A stretch of 64,000 nt of DNA from the human T2T-CHM13v2.0 reference genome, Homo sapiens. This document shows positions 1-15,500 of the stretch, piece after piece (position 1 is the stretch's first letter; each line of letters begins with the position of its first letter). The stretch lies in assembly GCF_009914755.1 (NCBI RefSeq), contig NC_060926.1; one strand, 5' to 3'. The notes beneath the pieces are model-generated. The model saw nothing but the letters and a program-made list of their open reading frames with translations. It had not been told where the DNA came from and made no database searches. A program made the translations under genes and the position numbers.

Positions 1-420
1 GATTGTTTTTTTCAACAAATGGTGCTAGACAAATGGGATATTCATAGGCAAAACATGGCCTTTTATATATATCTTGTACCACATACAAAATTTAAATTAA
101 AATGAATCATATACTTGAACATAAAGCATGAAATTAGACTTCTCATAGCCATATAATGGAATTATACTCAACTGTAAAATTAATGCACTATTATTACATG
201 CAACAACACAGGTGTTGCTTAAAAAGTAACCTGAGTTAAAAATTCAGATGAAAAATAAATACATACTGTATGATTTTATTTATGTAAAATTTTAGAAAAT
301 GCAAACTAATCTACAGAGATGAAAAGCAGATTAGCTATTTCTTGAGTCAGGGTTGATAAGGTGGAAGGAAGATATTACAAAGGGTCCCAAGTAACCTTTT
401 GGGGATGATATGTTGATATC
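1..420 (+). mobile_element. Old L1M (L1MC/L1ME-like) ORF2-end/3'UTR fragments
   Basis: L1-typical strings 'ttcaacaaatggtgctagacaaatgggatattcata' and 'tactgtatgattttatttatgtaaaattttagaaaatgcaaactaatctacag'; highly diverged. Confidence 0.6.
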
Positions 421-599
421 ATATGTTCTTCATCCTGATTTTAGAATTTAAATCCTCTTCTTTCATTAGAAGTCATGAGAGAAAAAAAAGACTTTATTAT
501 TAAATATAGCTAACAAAAGAAACTATCTTTCTATAAAGGAAAAATAACTTCATAAGCTCTAAAAATTTTTTAACACTTTCAAAAACTCTCTTCAATATC

Positions 600-2160
600 A
601 GGCAAGAATATATAAACTCCACTAAATAAGAAAGTGTTATATTGAGAGAAAAAAATGAAAATAACATCTTATGTAAAAACATGAATAGAATAAAAACAAT
701 TTTGAAAAGTAAAAGAAAATAACAGCAAAATCAAAATACGTATTAGAGAAAATGAATTACACATAAGACTTCACTCTATAATCTCTATAGACATAAGTAA
801 TTAATGTTCAGGGCAAACATGAAAACAAAGGGAAGATTAATAATCATAGATATCTGAGAGAAAAAAGATAGTAATTCAGTGTAGAAATCATTTAGTTATT
901 GAAAAAACGTACAACATATTCTAAATTGAAGCAGTCATAGAAGAAGCAACAGAGGTATATTTCCCTGACTGGAAGAAAGGTTTGTGTATGTATGTTGAGT
1001 GAGCTCATAGATGTCTGGACAAATTTAAAATAAGGGAGAGGAGACTTGAATCTAGCCTTAGTAATATAAACTCTTGAAATGTAATTAAAAAATAAATCAG
1101 AAAAATGTCAAAGAAATAAAGAGGGAACATTCTATCTAAATAACATAGCTATCTTTCCTTTTAACTTCTCTGGTACAGTGAATAACAAAGCAGAATCATC
1201 TTGTTTTTGACAACTAAAGAAAACTGAGCAATATCCTAAGATACTTAAGATTCAAAATGATGTTCTCTATTGAAGTGTTCCTAAAAAGTACCCCTTGCAA
1301 TACTACATGAACAAATCTACAGGTAAAATAAATTATTAATGTTAGCTAAAAATCAGGGATTTTGTGTTATAGAAAATAAGCAATGAACATTTATATTTAT
1401 TTTTCGAATCCTGGCTGTTTCTTAAACCAAAAACAGGAAAGTAAGGTTTGTAAAAGTATTCATATGATTAAATAGAAATTGATTTATTTAACACATATAC
1501 TTTGGAGGAAACATTTCTGTCACAAAAGAGATAAAAAATAACACATACAAAAAAGTAACTGCACTTTATTTTCACAATTGGATATAGATGAAGAAAATAG
1601 AAAGGGAAATGTATCATAAATTTATAATCTGTAGTAAGTCATTATAAAACACTTTGCTATACCCTGGACTTTAAGAAATATATGTCCATTAGGCCTTTAA
1701 AATCAAAATAAAATGTTATATATGCATGCATTTACATAGAGATATAGGTACACTCTATATTCATATGTAATATATCCACATATATAAAAAAGAAGGTAAC
1801 AGTAAGAAACATAGCTCACATATAAAGTAAAAGGAATAAAATAAAGACATAATAGGCTGACATTATAACAGTAAAGAAAACTTAATAGAGACAACTGGAA
1901 AATTATGGGTACCACAATTAATATAAATGGCTTAAACCCTTTTGTTATGACACAAAAAATCTCAAAATGGATTAAAAAAAATCCAATTACGTATTTTTCT
2001 TTTTGCACGGAATACATACTGAATATCAGGTATAGAGTGTAGCAAAAGAAATTAAGGACATGAAGTTGATACTAGAAAAGGTTGAATTCATAATTTAAAA
2101 GTAAATAAGAGGAAAATTCTATCTGGATAAATATTGCTTTCTTTTGTTAAATATGGTAGT
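600..2160 (+). mobile_element. Highly decayed L1M ORF1 / ORF2-endonuclease-start fragment
   Basis: A-rich strand; 'acaattaatataaatggcttaaac...aaaatggattaaaaaaaatccaattac' resembles the start of L1 ORF2; no intact frame; boundaries approximate. Confidence 0.45.
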
Positions 2161-2759
2161 TGGGCTACAACTATGTGCCCCGTTCAATCTTGCTACGGCA
2201 ATAATATGAAAATTAAAAAATTTAATAGGTGAGCACCTACAAAAACAAAAAAAAGTTGACAAAACATGATACGTATTTTAAAATTGGAAAGCGGAAAGGA
2301 TATGAAATATTATATTTCAGAAATCCAGAGAAATTGGAGCAAACAGTCTGTATGCTAAAGCAAGAGTAAGGAACTGAGAGCTCAAGAATTGAGAGGACCA
2401 GACATCTAAAGTTGTTTTCAAAGTAAGGCTGGAAAAAAAAGGATTAGACTGGTGCCCCGTATGTCTTTCCACCACAGTGTCAAGCACCTGCTACTTTTCC
2501 AACCTGACTAAAGAACTCCACATTCTGGCATTTGAAGGCTTTCCCAGTAAAATAGTCAAGTCTACTTTATTTCACGGAATTTCCTTACTGAACAAACCCA
2601 TCAATACCCTCAGAGAGTCTAACCAAAAAGTACTTCACTCTCAAACAAACAAACGAACAAACAAACCAGGACACTTAAAAGTCTACACTCCTGTTGGAAA
2701 ATTTAGGGATGGAGAAGTGATAGATGCATATAAAAGTAATTAATAAAAAAAAATGAGGC

Positions 2760-3070
2760 AGCCGGGTGCTATGGCTCATGCCTGTAATCTCAGCACTTTG
2801 GGAGGCCGAGGAGGGTGGATCACCTGAGGTCAGGAGTTCAGGACCAGCCTTGCCAACATGGTGAATTTCCAGCTCTACTAAAAAACACAAAAATTAGCTG
2901 GGCATGGTCGCAGACACCTGTAATCTCAGCTACTAGGGAGGCTGAGACAGGAGAATTGCTTGAACCCGGCAGGAGGTACAGTGAGCCGAGATCGTGCCAT
3001 TGCACTCCAGCCTGGGTGAGAAGAGCGAAACTTCGTCTTGGGGAGAAAAAAAAAAAAAAGCAACAAAAAC
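2760..3070 (+). mobile_element. AluS (Sq/Sp-like), full length
   Basis: Dimeric Alu with central A-rich linker and A tail; flanking direct repeat 'aaaaaatgaggca' (TSD). Confidence 0.95.
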
Positions 3071-4199
3071 AAAAAATGAGGCAACTATTCAATCCCACAA
3101 TGATATATACAAAAACCCACTAAAAATGTAAACAGATTATTCATCTCTGAATAACATTTATATTTTAATGATTTTATAAACACTAAAAATGTAGTAAACA
3201 AACATAAGCTAAAAATAAGTTTTGGAAAGGTAATTGCATGTATGGCTGGGAGGGATAGTATCAGAAAGTTGAATATCGATCTGCCATAGTAAAATTCAAT
3301 GGACAATGTCTAAGACTGAAAAAGAAGTCAGGAACCAGTGGTATAAACAAGTGGTTTTGCAGTATGTGGTAATTACCAAGAAAACAAAATAGCTTAAATA
3401 TTTGAAAATTGTTTGATATAAAATTATGTAACAATGACATACATTTTTAAGATTGATGCACATTTTCTACTTAATAGATGTAAAAAATTGGAAATAGTCA
3501 TAAAATTAACACCAAAGAATGAATGTGAGTATATATATCTGGCAACATTGATTCCCATATGCAGAATATTAACACACAAAAAAGATGTATTTATACAGCT
3601 CATCCACTTCTCTTAGATTTTCATGGATAAAACAGACCAAAGAAAATAAGAATATAATTAATCTGAATAATATGTTCTGTTGCTTTGATATCATAGATGT
3701 GTGTATGCATATGAGTTTGTGTATGTGTATAAATAAATTCAATCTACCATGTTTGTTTTTGGTACTTCACTAAAAATTAAATTTTCTTATAAACAATGAT
3801 GACACTAATATTGATAACATTATGCAGTAGAATGTGTAGTGCTTATAGTTCCTAATCACAATGAAATGAAAATTTCAACATATTATGTAACTAGATAAGA
3901 AAAAATCTCCTTGCTAACTTTTAAATTAAAAAATATAATATTACAGCTTTAAGTTATATGCAATAATGAATTCATTTTGCTCTTAACTTCTAATAGAGAA
4001 CTTGTATTAATAATTCTAGGGTTTACAAATATTTTATCCCAGCAATTTGACAATATTATTGCTTCATTTTGCTTATAGGTGCTGATGAAGAATTTGCCAT
4101 CAGTATGGTGCTTTGGTTGTGCCTCACTCAATTAACTTAGGTCATTTTTTTTCTGCTTGGTTTTGTGATTTTCTTTCCCTATACTCCTATACTTTCACT

Positions 4200-4800
4200 T
4201 TTCTTCTACAGTTTCAGTGTGATGTATAGCTATGAATGTATCTTTGTTATTTATGCTCAAACTTGAGCGTACTATTTTTAACCTGGTGCATCACACCTTT
4301 TGTGAATTCTGGAAATTTCTCAGCCTTCGTTATGTTTTACTATTATCTCTCCAGTGATTTTCTCTTCAGGATTTTTCAGTTATTTCAATATCATATGGAA
4401 TTTGAGTATTCTCATTCTGCCTTCTATATTTCTTAAACTTTTTTCTTCTTAAACTTTAATTTCTTTTATATTCCTTTATCCATATGTGCAGAAGTTTTCT
4501 GATATATTTCCTAAGATCTTCCAGTTCACTCTTTCCGCTCCAAGAGTTTCAATTTCAAAGATACTTTCCTTCTCTTTTAAATTCGATTTAATTATTTTCA
4601 TCACTGATTACTGATTTTTAAGAATTTCTTATACATTTTTAAATTTATTTAATTCAATTTTTGTTTCTCACATTATTTAAAGTATACTTTCTGTTTTTAT
4701 ATTCAGAAATGCAATATTTAGCTATTTTTTTTCTGAAGGTTTTAGTGATCTTCATCGTATTGTGTTTCTCCTGCCCATTCCTCATGTGAATGTCTTTTTT
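4200..4800 (-). mobile_element. Decayed L1M ORF1-region fragment
   Basis: T-rich; 'aattctggaaatttctcagcc' type antisense ORF1 motifs; boundaries approximate. Confidence 0.4.
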
Positions 4801-5916
4801 GTATTGTTTGAATGTTTGTAAGTTTTCACTATGACTTCATCCTCAGGGAGTGTTGTGCTACTGCCTCAACACCCTGGCTACCCAACTTCCACCCAATCCT
4901 GTGGTTGGATTGCATGTAACACATTCTACAAACACTGTGCAGAGAGTGTCTGCTGAGCTTCTGCAGGTTCTCCTGGGATTTCACTAGTCCCGACCATTAT
5001 TTACATTTATTTCTGGGCAAGTAGAACCCCATATCCCAGTTGTAGCATAATTTTAGATTCATTACAAATATGTAACCAGCTTTGAATCTTGCTTACTGAA
5101 AGAAAACAAGAACAAAGGTCAACCTTTGCTTGTTTGGGTTTGTGGGCACATTTTTTCTGTTTTTCTATTCCTCTTTCACTGAGGAGAGCAAACCCAACAT
5201 TTGTCATGCTCTCAGTTGTAGCTCTCTGCCTGTGCAGCCCAAGGCAATGTCGGCTTTCCTCTGAGGCATTAAAAGCACAGACACTACTCAGTAAGGGCTC
5301 TATATAATTGTCCTATAACCTTCATCCCCTGAAGCATTAGCTTATGAGCATGCTGCTCAGGATTTCAGCTCCCTCTTTGATTTCCGTAGTTAAAAATAGC
5401 TCTCCCTTCCTTTTTAGCTCAGCAATTAGGTTTTTTTAAAACTGTTTTTTATCTGTTTTGTATACAATTATTTATAATAGTCATAAATTGAAATAACCTA
5501 AATTTTCATTGATAGGTGAGTGAACAATAAACTCTGTTTTGTTCATATAGCAAAATATTTTACATAGGTTAAATGTATTTACATAAGTCTGTATGTATCA
5601 ATAAAGAAAAAATAATATTTCAAAGATACACAACGTAGCTGCAAAAGAATAGGTACAGTATGGCATTAAATATGAAAGATACATACAACAATGTGATATT
5701 TTATAGGTACATGAATATCAAATCAATTGTGAAATCTATTTTCAGTAAGTGTCGACATTCCTCTCAGAAATTAGATAAGCTTGGAAAGATGAGGAAATGG
5801 CCATGCTGTGGTCGTTATGGTGGCCTTTACCTCATTTTATAACATATTCATAAAATAAAATGATACAAGCTAATACAAACAAATAGGACTTATCAAATCT
5901 ATCACTCAATATTCAA

Positions 5917-6095
5917 TATTAGCCAGATGTGGTGACTCACACCTGTGGTCTCAGATACTCAGGAGGCTGAGGTGAGAGGATCACTTGAGCCCAGGAAGTC
6001 TAGGCTGCAGGGAGCGATGCTCAAACCACTGCACTCTAGTCCAGGCAACAAAACAAGAGGCTGTTTTTAACAACAGCAACAACAACGAAACAACA
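5917..6095 (+). mobile_element. Alu monomer (FRAM / AluJ right arm)
   Basis: 'ttagccagatgtggtgactcacacctgtggtctcagatactcaggaggctgaggtgagaggatcacttgagcccagg' followed by a (caa)n-like tail. Confidence 0.85.
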
Positions 6096-8333
6096 ACAAT
6101 ACCGTCAGTACTCCAGAGCACATTATGCTATTTTAATTTTATTTATTTTTAAAATATTACATAGATTTTTCAATTTTTCTTTACATTTTAAATATTTTAG
6201 AACGCCATCATTAAAATTATCTTTAAATAACATTTGAAATTCCCTTTCCATATGACAATTAAAGATAGGAAAATTTATCATATTTACACTATCCTTCATA
6301 TTTTTACTTCCTCCTATTCCCAAATTTATTATCTACATTATTTTTAAAGTATTATTTCATTGTTTTCTCAAGTTTTGATGATTCTAATTCTCTTATATGT
6401 GCCTCCTATAACACCAAATGCTTCTATAACCATATAAATGAATGATTTTAACTTGTAATTATTTATTTAAATAATTCAGTACTTTCTGCAAACACTCATG
6501 TTTTAGGTTTTTTACTGATCACTTGGTTGACTAAAATGGATTCTCTAATGGTTTTCTTAGAACAATTTCATGGGAATTGTATTCCCTGAGTTATTACATG
6601 TTCAGAAATAATCAATTTGTCTTTCAAATTCAGTGGTAGCATCCATACAAATTTTATGAGGCCGTTTTTATTTCATTAGAGACCCAGTGGATATTGATCC
6701 CTGTTTTATAGGCTGCCTTCCTGCCTGTCTGCTTTCCTTCTTTCCTTCTCTCATTGAACAAATATTTGTGGCATTTCTAATATGCAACTGGCCCTATTCT
6801 TGGGACTACAGTCATAGCAAAACACAATAATGCTATAAAAATTATGCCGTCAGCATTAGTTTTATCTACTTTATAGGTTAAAAAAGTATTAGTAGGATGT
6901 CTATAATTGTTGAAGTTATTATTATATGCATTAACTTGGCAATGCCATGCTTCAAGGTTGGTCGTGCTATATCAACTTTCCATTAATACTATGAGTACTT
7001 TCTATTGTAGTATCCAAGCTTCCATTTTCATTGTCTCTTTAAAATTGTATTTTTTTAGTCTTCAATTTATTTTCTTTTTTTCTTCATGGCTGCACTTTCG
7101 ACCTCCTTTTGTTCTGATTCCAATATCTAAAATATACGAAGGCAGGAAATAAGAGTGAGATAGGTAGGGAAAGTGGAGCTTAGTAATTGTTTTTATTGCA
7201 TATAGTTAAAAGTTTAAAGAAACTGGGATTAAATATTTATAACTGTACATCATATAAATAGCCTTATAAGTGTAGCAAAGAATTAAATTTTTCTGAAATA
7301 CCAGTGTGATTGGGAAGCTGATTTCTGCCCACTAATAATTTAGTGCTGAGAAACTTCTGACTCATATAACACCTGAATGCTTTTCCTTTCAAAATAATTA
7401 AATAAACAGCATAAAAATAATAACATGGGCTATATATACTTTGGATGAATAGGTTGATTACAAGACTGATCCCAGAAGATTTTGTAAGTTTAAGTGGATA
7501 CATTACCATTATGGCAGTATAGAAGGACATCATAGAGCTAATATTGTCTCCAATCATTTTTAAATATGTGTTAATTTTCCTCTATTGCAAATATGCCATA
7601 CTAGTATGTTGGCAAATCTCATTCAGTATACTAGAGTGGTACATGTTCTTCCTTTTGCTGCTTCCAACATTATTATTAATTTCTTAATTGCCTATGACTT
7701 TTTCCTTCTTTATTGATTGTATGTTTCCTCTCATCTCTTTTGTTGTCTCTGAGATCTTCTATTTGAGCTTAGAATTTCTTACTTGAGTTTATGACGACAT
7801 ATGTAGATATAGTTTGCAACAATATTACTTTTTCTTCATGTTGTGAGGGGATGATTTTCATAAAAAAGAGGGGGCAAGTGTGTAATTTATCTGCTTTGTA
7901 ATACCAAAAGACAACTCAGCTGTTTATATTTTCCCAAAGGTTTAAGTATGGTGAAAAAATTGTAAGTTCATATTATGGTTTACTATAATTCCTATATATT
8001 TATCTGAAGAAAACAGAATGAATAGATAAATCCAGAGAGAATAACAAAGAATATTTTCAAAGGTTATCTTTAGGTACTTGAAAGTTGTTCTTTATAATTG
8101 TATTTATCATTCTTAGGTAATAAAATAAGGGAAAGTTGAGGAAAAGGAAAATAACCCATAATTGCTTCAGAATAATTAATCATAAATTTCAGAAGAAAAA
8201 AGTGAAAGATAAAATTAGAATATATTTACCCCATAAGTTATAATAAATCCAAGATGGTTCAAGAAAAGTATAAAAATAATCAGAGAATAACTTTAAAAGT
8301 GCAAAATTAATACTAGGTCTCCTGAAGCAAATA

Positions 8334-8668
8334 TAGTAAGCTCTCTGTATCCCTAGGTTCCACATACGTGATTTTAAACAACTGCAGATTGAAAATATTT
8401 GGGGGGAAAGAATTAGATTGCTTCATCTGTACTGAACATGTGTAGCAAATTTTTTCTTGTTATTCTTCAAACAATACAGCGTAACAACTATTTACATGAC
8501 ATTTACATTGTATTAAGTATTATAGGTAATCTAAGTATATGGGAGGTTGTACATAGGTTATATGCAATTTCTATGCCATTTTATATTGAGGACTTGAGTA
8601 TCCATGGATTTGGGTATCCACAGGGTATTCTGGAACCAATCCCCCACAGTTACCAAGGTAGAGTTATA
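8334..8668. mobile_element. MER2 (TcMar-Tigger non-autonomous DNA transposon)
   Basis: 'ctctctgtatccctaggttccacat...gattgaaaatatttggg' through 'gacttgagtatccatggatttgggtatccacagggtattctggaaccaatccccc'; TA flanks. Confidence 0.85.
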
Positions 8669-8959
8669 GCTCTAAATCTGAAAGCAATAAAATAAAACTA
8701 AAAAGCAGAAAGTTTAAATATTTGTTAATAATAACAACAGAAATTTAAAATATTGATCATAGAAGGAATTTTTGCAAATTAATAAAACACCGGTCATTTA
8801 AAATATATAAAAGACTGTTAAAAGGTAGTTGACAAAAGACTTTCTTGCATGTAATAAATCAATCTAATACATACTCAAACCATAATTTTAGGTGATAACA
8901 AATAAGCACGTTGTTATTCAGGGAATCGTGAATGCAAATTACATGAGTTACATCCTTTA

Positions 8960-9120
8960 TAGAGTCACTCTGTGGCATGGATATTATTAACCCCCATTTT
9001 ACAAATAAGGTGAGATTCCAGCAGCTAGCTATTTAGCTTAAGACAACAGAATTCATATGTAATGAGGTCAGGATGGCAAAAAAATCTGTCTGACTCTAAT
9101 GGCTATGGAGCACCACCAGG
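8960..9120 (-). mobile_element. MIR fragment
   Basis: 'atattattaacccccattttacaaataagg' MIR core in reverse orientation. Confidence 0.6.
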
Positions 9121-10219
9121 CGTCACCATTTTCTACCCTACGTAAGTAACATTTACTTAATGTGTGCTGCTGGTACTATAAAATTGTGTAATAATGTAGA
9201 AAATAAATTGATAATATTTGATGAGTTATTTAAAAAATACTCATGCCATTGGAAGATGTATCTTTGGTCCTGAAAACATTTTAGGGATTTGTTCATAAAT
9301 ATAAGAAATGGTTGGGAAAATATGCTTGTTAATCAATCAATAGAGGAATTGTTAATTAATTCTCTTAATATCATAGTACTAGTTATTTCAACATTATGAT
9401 TTTAAAAAAGAGAGTTGAGAAAATGTCCCTTAAGTTAAAAAACTAGGTATAATATTTAGATGATAATTTCTAGTATGTTTCTAATGTATTATTTAATTAA
9501 ATTTAGATATTTTAATTACTCATGTATGAATATCTTTATGAATTTACTGTGCTATTTAATTGCAATAATTTTCTTGGGTCATTTCATCATTCACCTCCAA
9601 ATTATGATGGTATGGCCCTATACTGAAAAGTTTAGAAGTCATTTTTTTCTTTATATTTCAAGAATAAATATAATTTAGAGATAAATAAACCAGAGGTACT
9701 TTATCACTTAGTTTTTGTAGAGTGATTTTGACATTTTGCCAAAATTTTCTTCTTATTTTTAATGAAAGAAAATACTACTGTGATCTAACTTTGGAAATAC
9801 TTCTCTTCACCTGTACATATTTGTTAGTGTGTAATCGGAAAATCCTTGATTTGTAGTCTGTACTTTCAGATAAGAATACAGGGATTTTAGATTTCTCTTT
9901 TCTCTTTAAGTTATTTGGCAACACTGGGTAAAATCATTTTATGTCATAGTTCTTAGACCTTCTCTTTTGCTATTTATCCTGTTCTATGTAAATGACTACA
10001 TTAATGTCTCATTTCTTGTGGCCAGAAATATTGCATCCCACAACCTCTAGAGTCTCATCCCTATATAAGATAAATTCACTGGACAAAAAGAACAGATAAC
10101 AATTCCAGTATTTTCCAAATTGTTTTGAATATCTGCAAAATGTCCTGCTACCAGTTTCTGAATTTCTTAAAAATTTAATGAATAAAAATAAACATGTTTG
10201 TCAGCTATGCTAAAAATCG

Positions 10220-10410
10220 TGAAGAAAATGAGATGTTACCCTACTTGGAAACTAATGCATTAGCCAGCTACAGATTCATGGATGCTGGCAGAAGACATGA
10301 AACTCCTAGGTCAGAGAAAAAGGGACTGTAATATGCATGGTATGAAAAGAAACATACACATCAGCATATTTACTTCAATTTCCCTTGCTTTCAAGTCCCA
10401 TGAGAGTAAG
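10220..10410 (-). mobile_element. ERVL-class LTR fragment (MER74/MER54-like)
   Basis: 'ttagccagctacagattcatggatgctggcagaagacatgaaactcctaggtcagaga' recalled as an old LTR terminus; family uncertain. Confidence 0.4.
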
Positions 10411-12785
10411 TTAATTTTTCTGTTATTCTAACTTTTGCCTTGAAATTATATACATTCCTATCCCTAGCTCACTACACTTAAGGCATTAACTCATGGGATA
10501 CTCAAAGTGTACAATATGGATATTGGTGCCTTTAGAATTATCTTAACTTCTCTTTCAACTTCCACCTCCAACATTATAAAGCCTTACATTTTTTTTTCCT
10601 TTTACATGGTAGAGGTTAAAATACCGCCATTTTGTATGTACCTATAATAAATTCTTCTGCATTTTTCCGTAAGTTGAATCTAAATAATGGAGTTAAAATC
10701 TGTATTCAGTATATAAATACAATATCATGTATACACATATAATAAAGCATTATTTGTCAAGTAACTTATATGCAAAGAAGCCGCAAAGTGTGGAAATTCT
10801 CTATTCTTACACCACATTACAAGGCGGTGTTCTTGGATAAGTGAGTACTGCAATAAACATACCATGGGAAGAACTCCAGGAGAGGGACTTACTACTGTAT
10901 AGCAGTGTATATAAAAATATTTCTAGCTGAGGATATACCTTCAGCATAACCTAAAGTTAAAAGCAAATAAACAAACAAACAAAAAAACAAACCAAGGGCC
11001 TTGTGGAGCTCAACCAGTAGAATCAGATGGTGGCATGGCATTGATCCAATTTTATTATATCTTTCAATGACACAAAGCAGATATTATCTACTTTGTTAAA
11101 TTACATATTGTTAAATGGATGTTCTTTTCATGTGTTTCATAAATGGATCCAATTTCTACCACAGTAGTTATCTTCAAATTTGAAGTAAGAATTTCTCATG
11201 CACATGTGTTGTTCGTAGTGTAGCTATAATTTCTTTTTGCTTATCTTAGGTAAGAGAAGAAAAAGAAGGCTTCATTGCTATATATCTTCTGGATTAGTTC
11301 CTATTTGATTATTACCAATATTATTGCTGATGACATTGCTGGAAGCCTGCTGACTTTCCATTCTAAATTTTGTGCAAGGCTGTCATGGTGGGATATGTTA
11401 CTGTAAATCTCATGAGTTAATTCTACAATTTCTCTGTGCCTTCTTTCGTATTTTTTTTTTGCTTTGCGCATATTTCTAAGTTATATTCTTAAAATCAACT
11501 GTTTTTAAAATGTAAATAAAATGCATTTTGAGTGTCTCATATCTAAGAATATATTTGCCTTGTATAGATTTGGTATAAATTTTGTATATAAAAATCTCTA
11601 AACTGATAGATTTATTATTATCTTTCTGTACTTCCTGCTAGCATCCAATCTTGGATTTTTAAGGCTTGTTTTATTTTGTTTCCCTTCTTGGTTATGAATA
11701 ATCACTCAGCCTAATAATTATCATCTTCTCTTTAATTTTGTATTACGATATTTCAATAGAAAGTGGTTTCATGTAAATTTTCCTTCTTTCTTCTTGATAT
11801 TTGGCAACTCCACTAAATGAAGAATTCAGGGTCAAAGGTTCTTTTTTTTTTTTCTTGCATATACTCAACTTTTGTCTTTCTGTGGTTCTAATTAGTTGAC
11901 TGTTGTGTGCCCTAGCAGAAGCTCTTTGTTTTTTAGGTATGTCAGTTTGACTCAATGTTATTTAAGTTTTCTAAAAGTCTATTTTTAAGTCCTTTTTTTT
12001 ATTTCAGCAATATTTTTAATTTCCAAGAGGAATTCATTTTTCCTGGGTTATTCTTTTCCCCATTCATCTACTAATTCATTTTATTGCATACTTTGCGAAT
12101 TATCCTGTTGTACTTTTACTTTATAGATGGAGATCCCTGATTGTCTCTTCATATGTATCTAACAAAGCTCTGAGATGATCTCTTTCAGTAGCTACTCTGT
12201 AAATAACTTGCTGCTATGTGCAAACAACTGCATTTCCAATATTTCTGCTTCTAAAAGCTAAGGAAATTGGGAGCCAACTTACACGGTAGTGAACAGGCTT
12301 TGCTTTAGGGTGGAGACTAAGTTCTGGCAGTTAGAATCCTCTGTCAATACAGCGAGGTGCAAAATACCTAGTCATTATGCATTCAATGTTTATCTCAAGC
12401 AATTTAATAAACATTTACTTAGACAATATGGATATATGTTATTGAAACTATCTTATTTTCAAGACTATAGATTCTTTTTGGAAATGCATCCTATACCGAA
12501 CATTTAGCTATTTTTTTATGAGCAATAAGAAAAAAATGAATCAATTTAAATATCCTTGTGTTAAGTATGAACCACACACAATTTTTGTATTTCTAATAGT
12601 CTAGAGATTCAAAATACTCAACAGAATGCATGCAGACTAAATATCAAATAAAAGCCTCAATCTATCTGAATATTTAGAAAGAGATTTGTTAGATGTATGA
12701 CTTCTTAGATTAAATAGGGAATTTATGAGAACCAATTAATATTTTCTGTAATGTAACTTTAATTTACTTTTCATATTTTCTTTAT

Positions 12786-13122
<337 letters not shown>

Positions 13123-13774
13123 TCACATTGCATCACATTTCATATGTAAAGGGTAAATAAATTTTAAAATAATACAATTAATAGTGAGATATAATAAGAA
13201 TTAATTACTACCTTGAGCTGTGTTTTACTGATGACTATATATAGATATATAGTCATGGTTCAATCCATTATTTAAATTTTCCTGAAGTCTTTCAAATGCT
13301 TAGTTTAAAACATATTTATTATTTAACAATAGAATGTTATAGTTATTTTCTACCACTTACATATGTAAATACCGTTTCATAAGTATTGGAGGTTAACTGG
13401 AATATAATGGCATCATAATTTCCTTTCAGAGAGTTCCAAATCTCAGTATTACTGCTTTCAACCATGGAATAGTTTAGAGATAGCTGACAAAAATAATTAT
13501 CTGTAAGTACATGTTAACAATATCATATGTATTACAGAAATGACAACATTTCCAAATTTTGATGTTTTTTCAATTTTTATTACATCTGAAAGAAATTCTT
13601 ACATGTGCACTATTATATATTTATACATGATGATATTCTTTTAAACAACAACCAAAAGTGGCACATGCACAGACAAGAAGAGCACTCATTTCCTAACATT
13701 CCTTTGGTTGATGAATTAATAAAAATATGAATAACTTAACAATTAATAGTCTTTTTTTCAGGGGTTCATGATAT

Positions 13775-14215
<441 letters not shown>

Positions 14216-14218
14216 AAC

Positions 14219-14626
14219 ACCCAATAAAACCCCCCATTCACCACCCCTCAAGTCCACGTGTGACCTGATTCTTCCAGGATGCTGGACAAGAGCTTGGGAT
14301 ACAGAAAGCTGTCACATTCGCCCTCTGTCCTTTTGAAAAGAAAGAGGGTCCACTGAGCTGGTTAACACTTAAGCTGTCTACAGACAACAAAGCTAAAAGA
14401 GCACATTGTAACACACGCCATGCCCACTTCGGCTTTGGGAGTCGCAGGCACCCATCCCTAGACGCTACTGTGGGGCTGGAGCCCCAAGGCACTCTTCCTG
14501 GCTCCTGCACCTGCCTGTCTGCATGCTCCCCCTCCTGTAAGGGGTTTGAGCACATGGTGGCTGAACACACGAGCCACACCCCTTTTGCACATTTTGCCAG
14601 GGTCTCAGGCAACTCTCCCATTTCAG
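14219..14626 (+). mobile_element. ERV1 LTR 3' part (MER52/LTR1/LTR27 group)
   Basis: 'caataaaacccc...ctggacaagagcttgggatacagaaagctgtcaca...ctgagctggttaacacttaagc...actctcccatttca' with a terminal CA. Confidence 0.75.
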
Positions 14627-14699
14627 TAAATAATATCTGTTTTTTGCTGATAAATAGAAATATAATTAAGTCTTCCACTTTATGAATTGGATAAAAATG

Positions 14700-15500
14700 A
14701 AGATTAGCAAGCACTTATTTAGAATGTTGGATATATTTCTCAGATAACGCTATCTATTCCTAAACTTTTTTTGTGGGATGGTTTTATAGGGATAGCAATA
14801 TTTATATTTTCTATTATATTATCTGTCCATTTTTGCAAGTTCAATTTTCTTATGAATGTGTCCATTTAACCTAACTTTTCAAATTTATTGACATAAAATT
14901 CTTAACAATACTGTCTTTGCATTTTCATATTACATTAGAGCTTCAGGGTTTGCAAGGATGGCACCTTTTCCTTTATGTTATCAATCATTTGTATTTTCTC
15001 TCCTTTATCTTTATTAGTTTATCCCACAGGCCAATTGGGTTAGTAAAATAATAAACATGTGCTTTTGTTGATCCTCTACATCACACATTGTCTATTTCAC
15101 TAATTCCCACACTTACATTTATTATTTTTCTTCTCATGTGTTCATTTGAGTTTTGAACTTATCACACTTTATACAACTTCTTGAGCTAGATTCTTCTATC
15201 ATGAATTTTCTATCTTGCCCCTTAGTTACTAATATATTCATGTCAGGCTATGTTGTGTCATCATTGTTTTATATGTGTCCAAGTATTATAACATTTTTAA
15301 TCTCTTAGTGCAAAATATTTACTTAATTCCATTTTGATTTCCTCCTTCAATGAGTTATTTAGGCCCTAATCTGATAGTTTTTCATTATTGTATGTGCCTC
15401 CAACGCCGTCAAACAGATATTTTATCCAGTTTTATGTTATGTTTGGTAATATACTTGCTCCAAATTATACAGTTTACCAGTATTCACATTTATTTTGAAA
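14700..15500 (-). mobile_element. Decayed L1M ORF2 fragment
   Basis: T-rich; 'gaatgtgtccatttaacctaacttttcaaatttattgacataaa' typical of antisense L1. Confidence 0.5.

Noticed and set aside
14238-14714. 158-aa ORF on the minus strand
   Set aside because: Antisense reading of an ERV1 LTR fragment
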